Assembly (NCBI GenBank): GCA_042570265.1
Contig: JBHPGU010000007.1
Coordinates: 4,883-68,882 of the forward strand
From: Candidatus Omnitrophota bacterium
GTDB lineage: Bacteria > Omnitrophota > Gorgyraeia > Velamenicoccales > JABMQK01
Length of the DNA stretch: 64,000 bases
Direction of reading: 5' to 3'
Part shown: one piece after another, positions 49,124 through 56,369 of the stretch
How positions within the stretch are numbered: position 1 is the stretch's first letter
How the letters are laid out: every line of letters begins with the position of its first letter
Notes under the pieces: generated by a model
Database searches by the model: none
What the model was told of the DNA's origin: nothing
Seen by the model: the letters and a program-made list of their open reading frames with translations, nothing else
Translations under genes and position numbers: made by a program

Positions 49124-49734
49124 CAGTCGATTACACCTTTGGTAGAAGGAATGCCTTTCCTACGAGGATCTATTTGAGTGGCTTCATCTAAAGCTTTTCC
49201 CAACGCCTTGAAAACAGGCTCCAAGTTAGTGTGTAAATCAGGATTTTTACTTGCAAGACGAATATTTAAATTCGTACCCATTTTCTTTGCAAGAGATTCA
49301 AAAAAATGATTTGCATAAGTAAAAGAGTATCCTTCTCCATCTTTAACTTCGGCGCATACTCCAGCATCTCTTTCTATCTCCTTAAAAAATCCCCTTCCAC
49401 TAATATCTACTGTAACATTAGCTATCACATCTTCCATTGGCCAAGAAGCAGAGGCAGACCTCTTAATGCCTTCTTTATCCCCTAGCGCCTCATCAAATGC
49501 TTGCCCTAAGACAATACCTATATCCTCATTTGTGTGATGAATATCTACTTTTAAATCGCCCTCGGCAGCAATCTCTAAATCAAATAGTCCATGAAAAGCA
49601 AATAATTCAAGCATGTGATCAAGTATGCCAATTCCTGTATCAATCTTTGCCTCGCCTGAGCCATCAATATTGAGCTTAATTTTTATATTGGTCTCTTTTG
49701 TCTTACGCGATTTTTCTGTTTCTCGTTTTTTCAT
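49123..49734 (-). CDS. hisB: Imidazoleglycerol-phosphate dehydratase
   Basis: Start corrected to MKKRETE (AAGGGAG RBS); RKTKET, DHML, DIHHTNED, IPSTKG. Confidence 0.92.
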   Translation of the reverse strand: MKKRETEKSRKTKETNIKIKLNIDGSGEAKIDTGIGILDHMLELFAFHGLFDLEIAAEGDLKVDIHHTNEDIGIVLGQAFDEALGDKEGIKRSASASWPMEDVIANVTVDISGRGFFKEIERDAGVCAEVKDGEGYSFTYANHFFESLAKKMGTNLNIRLASKNPDLHTNLEPVFKALGKALDEATQIDPRRKGIPSTKGVID

Positions 49735-49750
49735 GAACTTCTCCCTTGCG

Positions 49751-49828
49751 ACCACAAAATCACAGAAGTCTCAGAATCACAGAGAATTTAATTTCTGTGT
49801 TTCGAGATATTTCAGTGATTCTGCGGTT
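49751..49828. repeat. Inverted cassette of degenerate CACAGA units in hisD-hisB spacer
   Basis: accacaaaatcacagaagtctcagaatcacagaga / tttctgtgtttcgagatatttcagtgattctgcggt. Confidence 0.7.
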
Positions 49829-51056
49829 ATTGGAATCTCGCATTTACAGATTCCCAGTGTTTATCTAAGCCCTCTATTTTACAAACCTTCTCAATTATGC
49901 TCTTTACATTGTCTAAGGCTTTTTTGTTATACGAAATAAAGTGCGTGCTGCGTGTAAAATCAGTTACCGAGAGACCAGAAAAGAATCTCGCAGTACCTGC
50001 TGTAGGTAGAACGTGGCTAGGGCCAGCAACGTAGTCACCTACCGCGGTAGGGCTATAAGGCCCCAGAAAAACAACACCAGTATTTCTGATATCTTTGAGA
50101 AGCTTGCTGGGGTTTTTAACCAGAAGTTCAGTGTGTTCCGGAGCGATCTGGTTATTAATCTCCGCTGCCTCTTTTAAATTCTTCACTAAAATTATACAAC
50201 CACAGTTTTTCTCAGGGATTTGTGACTTAACAAATTTAGCTAACTTTTTGGAAGGCGTAATCAACATCGCCTGCCCACCTAAGTGTTCTCTTTGTGCCAA
50301 AAGGTCGCTTACCACAAACTTCTGGTCGCTGGACCGATTAGCTATAATAACCAATTCTGTGGGACCGGCCATCATATCTATATCCACAAAACCGAATACC
50401 TGCCTCTTTGCCTCTGCCACATAGGCATTCCCCGGACCGACAATCTTATCTACTCTAGGTATAGATTTGGTACCGAAAGCCAAAGCCGCAATAGCTTGGG
50501 CCCCGCCAACTTTGTAAATCTCGTTTACTTTAAGCAGGCTAGCTACAGCTAAAATATACGGATTAATATTTCCATCTTTATCCGGAGGGCTTACAATGAT
50601 GATCTTCTTTACGCCTGCTAACTTCGCCGGAAGAACGCTCATATAAACACTAGAGACTAAGGGCGCAGTTCCCGCGGGAACATATACTCCCACCCTATCT
50701 ATAGGATCAACCTTCTCGCCTAAAACTACACCTTCTTGGCCCTTCATCTTCCAGCTACGTTTCAACTGCCTTTTATAAAAACGGTTTATATTCTCGATTA
50801 TAACTTTCAGCGCTGAGACAAAATCAGAAGGGATATTTTGGAAAGCAGCACTGATTTCGCTCTCTGTAACCTGAAACTGTCTCGGTTTAAGCTTCGCTTT
50901 ATCAAAGCGTCTGGTATATTTCCTTACCGCCTCATCGCCATTGACCCTTACATCTTCGATGATGTTGTAGACAGTATTCTTGATGCGTTTCTTCTGACTA
51001 AAGAATCGAGATTCCAATTTTTCTAGTTCTTTACTTGTAGGTCTGATAACTCTCAT
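49827..51056 (-). CDS. hisD: Histidinol dehydrogenase
   Basis: GVYVPAG, GGAQAIAALAFG, GPGNAYV, DMMAGPTE, APEH, GPSHVLPT. Confidence 0.95.
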   Translation of the reverse strand: MRVIRPTSKELEKLESRFFSQKKRIKNTVYNIIEDVRVNGDEAVRKYTRRFDKAKLKPRQFQVTESEISAAFQNIPSDFVSALKVIIENINRFYKRQLKRSWKMKGQEGVVLGEKVDPIDRVGVYVPAGTAPLVSSVYMSVLPAKLAGVKKIIIVSPPDKDGNINPYILAVASLLKVNEIYKVGGAQAIAALAFGTKSIPRVDKIVGPGNAYVAEAKRQVFGFVDIDMMAGPTELVIIANRSSDQKFVVSDLLAQREHLGGQAMLITPSKKLAKFVKSQIPEKNCGCIILVKNLKEAAEINNQIAPEHTELLVKNPSKLLKDIRNTGVVFLGPYSPTAVGDYVAGPSHVLPTAGTARFFSGLSVTDFTRSTHFISYNKKALDNVKSIIEKVCKIEGLDKHWESVNARFQ

Positions 51057-53674
51057 TGGGATAATCTTCCTTTAATTACTTCCCCTGCCTTTGTTAAAAT
51101 TTCATTTACCTTTTTGTTGTCCTTTAATCCGCCTTGAGCAATATCTGCCCTTCCTCCCCCAGAACCTCCAAGTGGTTCTAGAATCGCCCCCAACATATCA
51201 CCTGCGGATATACTATCTTTCAAATCCTTGCTTACTCTACAAATGCATTGACCATTATCGGAAGACAGCAGTATTACTGATCTTTTGCTCATTTTTGTAA
51301 TAATCAGATCTGATGCCTTTCTTAGTAATCCTGTATCAAGACCTTTAAATTGGTACACGAGATAACTGTAATCCTTTATGCTCTTTCTTGAATCTTTAAT
51401 AATACCATCTATCTGAGAACTAATGTTTTTTTCAACTGAAGCTCTGATCTCTTTCTCTAGTTTCTTGTTTTTATCGATAATGTTCTCAACCTCACCAGGC
51501 ACAGCATCAACTTTAGTTTTAAGTAGTGTGGCTAATCCCTTTATCTTTTGAAAGTTGCTGCTTAGTCTCTCATATGCCAATTTCCCCGTAACGGCTTCTA
51601 TTCTTCGCAGTCCACTACCAATTGAACTTTCACTACATATCAACACTATGCCAATATTTCCTGTATAATCCAGGTGTGTGCCACCACAAAACTCTTTGGA
51701 ATAGTCGCTAACAGATATCACTCTGACCTTTTCTGAGTATTTCTCACCGAATAAAGCGATTGCCCCACTCTTTAAAGCTTTATCTTTATCACAAACTTCC
51801 ACGCTAACCTTATCGTTAGATCTGACATATTCATTAATTAAATCCTGGATCCGACTCAACTCTTCGTCCTTAACATCTTTAAAGTGAGTAAAGTCGAAAC
51901 GGAAACGATCCGGTTCTACCAAAGAACCAGATTGCTGTACATGTTGGCCTAAAACCCTCCTTAATGATGCCTGGAGTAAATGTGTGCTCGTATGGCTCCT
52001 TCTGATCGCCTGCCTTCTTTCGAAGTCCACTTCTGCCACAACCTTATCTTTGATCTTCAACTCTCCGTTCTTGACCTTAACAATATGCACAATTGAACCA
52101 TCAATCTGCTTTGTATCTTCAACGCCTAGAGTAGATTTCTTATTTGCAGAGACTATTGCTCCAGAATCACCAATCTGCCCTCCAGATTCACCATAGAAAG
52201 GCGTCTTATCTAAAACCAGCCAAGCTTCATCGTCTGCCTTAATGCTTTTGACTCCCTGCTTAGACTTTATAATCTGTATAACCTGACCTTCTTGTTTTGT
52301 TGTCTCATAACCTATAAATTGTGAAGGCAAAATCTCTAAAATGTCTTTTGAGAATATATCGGAAGACATAGCGCTGCCCTTTCTTGCTTTTTGTTTTTGC
52401 TTTTCCATCTCCTCATTAAAACCAGCCAGATCCAGGTTAAAACCATTCAACTCTGCGTTTGTCGCTGTATATTCAACGGGTAGGCCGTAAGTATCATAGA
52501 GCTTAAATATAATCTGCCCGGATATCGTAGTAACGGCTTTTTCTTTAAGGCTAGCCATCTCTTGTTGAAGGAAATTCCCGCCATCTTTTAGGCTATTTAT
52601 AAATCTTTCTTCTTCAGATAAAATAATGCCGGAAATATTTTCTCTGCGATCCACTAACTCTGGATATGGCTCTTTCATCAAATCGCAGACCCTAGAGACA
52701 AATTTATACAAAAATGGCTTATGGCAACCTAACTCTTGAGCAAACCAGCTGGCTCTACGAATTAGCTTTCTTACCACATATCCCCTGCTTTCATTAGAGG
52801 GCAATATACCGTCGCCTATTGCAAAAACCGCTGCTCTTATATGGTCAGCAATACAATTCACTCTTTGGCTAGATTGTTGCGGCTTAACCACTAAAATCTT
52901 TCTAATCTCATTTACAATGGGTTTAAATATGTCGATTTCATAATTTGTCTTAACACCCTGCATACAAGAAGCCATTCTTTCTAAACCCATTCCCGTATCA
53001 ATGTTCTTACCTGGCAACGGATCTAACTTTCCGCCATCTTTACGATTAAATTGAGTAAACACGAGATTCCAGATCTCAACAAACCTGCCGCAATCGCAAG
53101 CCAGTGAACATTCGGGCTTTCCACAGCCAGTGTCTTTTCCCCAATCAAAAAATATCTCAGAACATGGACCACATGGCCCATTAGGGCCGTCTTTAATCGC
53201 ATTTGAAGGCCAGAAATTATCCTTTTGACCAAATTTGTAAATTCTGCTTTCCGGAATCTTTAACTGTTTTAACCAAATTTTATAAGCCTCATCATCTTCT
53301 TCGTAAACAGAGACCCATAATCTCTCGGGCTTTACGCTTAATTCTTTAGTTAAAAACTCCCAGGCCCAAACAATAGCATCCTTTTTAAAATAATCTCCAA
53401 AGGAAAAATTACCTAACATCTCAAAGAATGTATGATGCGATGGAGTGAGGCCAACTTTTTCCAGATCACCAGTCCTTAAACACTTCTGAGATGTCGCGGC
53501 CGTACGAAAATCAGTGACCTTGCCCATAAACTGCACTTTAAATTGATTCATTCCTGCAGAAGTAAACAAAAGCGAAGGGTCATTTCTGGGCGCCAGTGTA
53601 TCACTGGAAATTATCTTGTGCCCCTTAGATTTAAAAAACACCAAAAACTTTTTTCTAATTTCGTTTGTTGTCAT
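51053..53674 (-). CDS. alaS: Alanine-tRNA ligase
   Basis: FTSAGMNQFK, HHTFFEMLGNFSFGDYFK, DTGMGLER, HTSTHLL, CGGTH, GGGRADIAQGG. Confidence 0.97.
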   Translation of the reverse strand: MTTNEIRKKFLVFFKSKGHKIISSDTLAPRNDPSLLFTSAGMNQFKVQFMGKVTDFRTAATSQKCLRTGDLEKVGLTPSHHTFFEMLGNFSFGDYFKKDAIVWAWEFLTKELSVKPERLWVSVYEEDDEAYKIWLKQLKIPESRIYKFGQKDNFWPSNAIKDGPNGPCGPCSEIFFDWGKDTGCGKPECSLACDCGRFVEIWNLVFTQFNRKDGGKLDPLPGKNIDTGMGLERMASCMQGVKTNYEIDIFKPIVNEIRKILVVKPQQSSQRVNCIADHIRAAVFAIGDGILPSNESRGYVVRKLIRRASWFAQELGCHKPFLYKFVSRVCDLMKEPYPELVDRRENISGIILSEEERFINSLKDGGNFLQQEMASLKEKAVTTISGQIIFKLYDTYGLPVEYTATNAELNGFNLDLAGFNEEMEKQKQKARKGSAMSSDIFSKDILEILPSQFIGYETTKQEGQVIQIIKSKQGVKSIKADDEAWLVLDKTPFYGESGGQIGDSGAIVSANKKSTLGVEDTKQIDGSIVHIVKVKNGELKIKDKVVAEVDFERRQAIRRSHTSTHLLQASLRRVLGQHVQQSGSLVEPDRFRFDFTHFKDVKDEELSRIQDLINEYVRSNDKVSVEVCDKDKALKSGAIALFGEKYSEKVRVISVSDYSKEFCGGTHLDYTGNIGIVLICSESSIGSGLRRIEAVTGKLAYERLSSNFQKIKGLATLLKTKVDAVPGEVENIIDKNKKLEKEIRASVEKNISSQIDGIIKDSRKSIKDYSYLVYQFKGLDTGLLRKASDLIITKMSKRSVILLSSDNGQCICRVSKDLKDSISAGDMLGAILEPLGGSGGGRADIAQGGLKDNKKVNEILTKAGEVIKGRLSQ

Positions 53675-53676
53675 TA

Positions 53677-54153
53677 TTACAACTCACTCAAAACATCATA
53701 AACTATATCTTTAGAAAAACCTTTCCTCAGAAAATAACTCCAAAGCCTGCTCTTGATCTTCGTTTTATCTAGGTGTGCTATCTTCTCTATTTTCCTATTA
53801 ATCAATTCTCTTACGACATCCTCTTCTTTCCCAGGAGAGTCGTATTTACTAATCACTTGATTTATTATATCTTTAGCTACGCCCTTAACTTTTAATTCGT
53901 AACTTAACCGATTTAAACCCAGAGGCCTCTTTATTCTTGACTCCACCCAGAGCTTGGCAAAAGCTAAATCATCTAGTAGGCCTATTCTATGAAGCTCTGT
54001 GATTGCCGAATCAATGATGTCTTTCTGAAATCCTTTTAATTTTAGGTGGTTGCGCAACTCGTATTCACTGCGTGGCCGAATCTTTAATAAGCGATAACTA
54101 GCTTTTTTTGCGCTACTTAAATCTTTTTTCACTCCTGGATACCTAAAAACCAA
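53677..54153 (-). CDS. recX: Regulatory protein RecX
   Basis: LLKIRPRSEYEL, GLLDDLAFA, ELKVKGV, LRKGF; follows recA. Confidence 0.9.
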   Translation of the reverse strand: MVFRYPGVKKDLSSAKKASYRLLKIRPRSEYELRNHLKLKGFQKDIIDSAITELHRIGLLDDLAFAKLWVESRIKRPLGLNRLSYELKVKGVAKDIINQVISKYDSPGKEEDVVRELINRKIEKIAHLDKTKIKSRLWSYFLRKGFSKDIVYDVLSEL

Positions 54154-54165
54154 TTAACTCTTTGA

Positions 54166-55200
54166 CTACTTCTTTTTCTGGGTAGGAACTAACTCTTCTA
54201 ATATTCGCTTTTCTAGAGTGGTAACAAGCTTCGGGTTCTCTCTCAAGAAGCTCCTAGCGGCCTCTCTGCCCTGTCCCAACTTCTCGTTCTCAAAAGATAA
54301 CCAAGTCCCGCTCTTTTGAATAACGCCTTTGGTTACAGCCATATCTAGGACACTGCCAATCTTGGAAAGTCCCTCGCTGTGTAAAATTTCAAACTCAGCG
54401 ATTTTAAATGGAGGCGCAACTTTATTTTTGACGATCTTAGCTCTAATTCTACTGCCGATTACTTCATCTCCTACTTTTAAAGTAGCGATTCTCCTTAGAT
54501 CTATCCTCACCGATGCATAAAACTTTAAGGCCCTTCCACCTGTAGTTGTCTCTGGATTGCCAAACATCACTCCGATTTTCATGCGGATTTGATTAATAAA
54601 AATCACACATGTTCTGGATTTACTTATCGCGCCTGTCAACTTTCTCATCGCCTGAGACATTAACCTTGCCTGCAAACCCATATGACTATCTCCCATGTCT
54701 CCTTCGATTTCCGCTCTAGGAGTTAACGCAGCTACTGAATCTATCACTATTAAATCCACAGCGTTCGAGCGTACTAATGTCTCGGCTATCTCCAAGGCCT
54801 GTTCTCCTGTGTCCGGCTGAGAAATAAGCAATTCTTGCAAATCCAGCTTCATCTTCTGCGCGTACACAGAGTCAAATGCGTGTTCAGCATCGATAAAGGC
54901 CGCAACCCCGCCCTTTTCCTGGACCTGCTTAATTATGCTCAAAGTGAGTGTTGTCTTACCCGATGCCTCTGGTCCAAATATCTCCACAACCCTGCCTCGC
55001 GGAACTCCACCAATCCCCAAGGCAACATCCAGTGCGATTGCACCAGTAGGTATTGACTCCACATTAAGCTTAGTATCTCCTCCCAGCCTCATAATCGCGC
55101 CTTTGCCAAATTGCTTCTCAATTTGCGACAAAGCTAACTCTAGTGTTTTCTTACGATTAGAGACATCATCCCGGACTTTTGCTTCCTTGTGTGCACCCAT
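54166..55200 (-). CDS. recA: Recombinase A
   Basis: [40 protein letters not shown]. Confidence 0.98.
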   Translation of the reverse strand: MGAHKEAKVRDDVSNRKKTLELALSQIEKQFGKGAIMRLGGDTKLNVESIPTGAIALDVALGIGGVPRGRVVEIFGPEASGKTTLTLSIIKQVQEKGGVAAFIDAEHAFDSVYAQKMKLDLQELLISQPDTGEQALEIAETLVRSNAVDLIVIDSVAALTPRAEIEGDMGDSHMGLQARLMSQAMRKLTGAISKSRTCVIFINQIRMKIGVMFGNPETTTGGRALKFYASVRIDLRRIATLKVGDEVIGSRIRAKIVKNKVAPPFKIAEFEILHSEGLSKIGSVLDMAVTKGVIQKSGTWLSFENEKLGQGREAARSFLRENPKLVTTLEKRILEELVPTQKKK

Positions 55201-55302
55201 AGCTACCTCCTTAAAAACTATTGTTTAATTTTTAATAATTGATCTGCTCGGTATATTATTTTATTTCGGAATAATGCTTATAGAATAAATAGTTAGGATG
55301 AA

Positions 55303-55331
55303 ATTATACAATAGATGGATAAACTAGTCAA
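55303..55331 (-). promoter_or_regulatory. sigma70 promoter of recA
   Basis: TTGACT-N17-TATAAT on minus strand. Confidence 0.65.
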
Positions 55332-55377
55332 TAACAAAACTTGGTTCTTTCACGAGCTTATTGAAGAATGGAAAGAA

Positions 55378-55461
55378 CCTGATTACTCAGATTTTAGAAT
55401 GATTACACAGATTTTTTAGTTAATTTTTAATCTGTGTAATCGATTTTAATCTAATAATCAG
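55378..55461. repeat. Inverted cassette of degenerate GATTAC(A/T)CA units
   Basis: Perfect 13-bp inner arms GATTACACAGATT / AATCTGTGTAATC with degenerate outer arms ctgatta / taatcag. Confidence 0.7.
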
Positions 55462-55640
55462 AAGCTTTCCTGTACTTGAAAACTATAAAGCAATAATTTA
55501 ACAAAGAACTTATGTGTTATCAAAGAGTTACGCAGAAATTTGCTACAAAGTCGGGAAAGCTTCCAAAACACTCTTTTGTTTAGCCTAAAATCGTGAAGAA
55601 AATGAACCATTTCAGCCTCAAAAAAAATGCTCGGGTGCCC

Positions 55641-55669
55641 TTGAAAAATTGGCCAAAATATGTTATGGT
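55641..55669 (+). promoter_or_regulatory. sigma70 promoter upstream of the riboswitch
   Basis: TTGAAA-N17-TATGGT with extended -10 TG. Confidence 0.55.
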
Positions 55670-55699
55670 TTTATTAGAAAGCGCTCTTTTTAGAGACTC

Positions 55700-55827
55700 A
55701 AAAAAAGTAAACTATCTCTTGCTTGCAGGCAAGAGTCCCTTGAGAATCAAGGGGTCGAAAGAATAGGACACAAAGCCGCGAACCTAACTCTTTGTAGCAT
55801 AAGAAGATACGGACGTCGGGTTGCCGT
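55700..55827 (+). ncRNA. GEMM-I (c-di-GMP-I / c-AMP-GMP class) riboswitch with 39-nt insert in P2
   Basis: AGTAAA-CTAT[insert]TC-GAAA-GAATAG-GACACAAAGCC...ACCTAA...TACGG..CGGGTTGCCG matches the GEMM-I layout: GAAA tetraloop and receptor, GACRCAAA junction, GTTRCC 3' end. Confidence 0.8.
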
Positions 55828-55873
55828 AATCCACACTGAAAACAATAAATTTAGGGATTACGTCCGAAATCAC

Positions 55874-55903
55874 AAAACCCATTCTTTCGAATGGGTTTTT
55901 TTT
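55874..55903 (+). terminator. Intrinsic terminator forming the riboswitch expression platform
   Basis: AACCCATTC-TTTC-GAATGGGTT followed by a T run, upstream of the RBS and ATG. Confidence 0.8.
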
Positions 55904-55928
55904 ATTGCTAACAAGAGGAACGAAAAAG

Positions 55929-56216
55929 ATGAGAAAGAAAGAAAAAATGATTTTGCTGGTAGTAATGGCCTTCTTTCTTGCTATTTTGGTAAGGCCTCTC
56001 TTTGCGGATACGACCATTTCCGGAATAACAAGGTGTCGATTGACCCATGCTATCACCATGTCAGAGGAACAAATCATAGCGGCTGAAGCAAAAAATACCG
56101 AACAAATTTCAGAAACTAAGAAAAATAGTAATTCTAATACTATTCTCCAACAGGAAGAGGTAATTTCTGAAGAAACTGAAGAAGTAGAATTGATTAATAC
56201 AGTTTGTGCTAGATAA
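55929..56216 (+). CDS. Small secreted hypothetical protein (95 aa)
   Basis: GAGGA RBS; signal peptide MRKKEKMILLVVMAFFLAILVRPLFA; acidic low-complexity middle; two Cys; the only credible plus-strand gene in the window. Confidence 0.75.
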   Translation: MRKKEKMILLVVMAFFLAILVRPLFADTTISGITRCRLTHAITMSEEQIIAAEAKNTEQISETKKNSNSNTILQQEEVISEETEEVELINTVCAR

Positions 56217-56218
56217 TT

Positions 56219-56306
56219 CCCTGCCTGCCACGGTTCCGACGCTCCACCGATTTAAGTCGGTGCCGGTCGGAATTTCGACTTGCACGCAGTTCAACGTCGG
56301 AATAGG
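56219..56306. repeat. Composite hairpin element
   Basis: CCCTGCCTGCC followed by two related hairpins, TTCCGAC...GTCGGAA and TTTCGAC...GTCGGAA. Confidence 0.55.
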
Positions 56307-56314
56307 TTTAAAAT

Positions 56315-56359
56315 ACCCAGCACTAATTTAGGGATAAATTAGTGCTGGGTTGTTTTTTT
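56315..56359. terminator. Intrinsic terminator between convergent genes
   Basis: ACCCAGCACTAATTTA-GGGA-TAAATTAGTGCTGGGT then TGTTTTTTT. Confidence 0.8.
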
Positions 56360-56369
56360 AAAATGCCTA

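Noticed and set aside
55201-55340. LexA box upstream of recA
   Set aside because: No known SOS-box palindrome recognisable by eye
55784-56077. 97-aa minus-strand ORF
   Set aside because: Antisense to the riboswitch, terminator and signal-peptide gene
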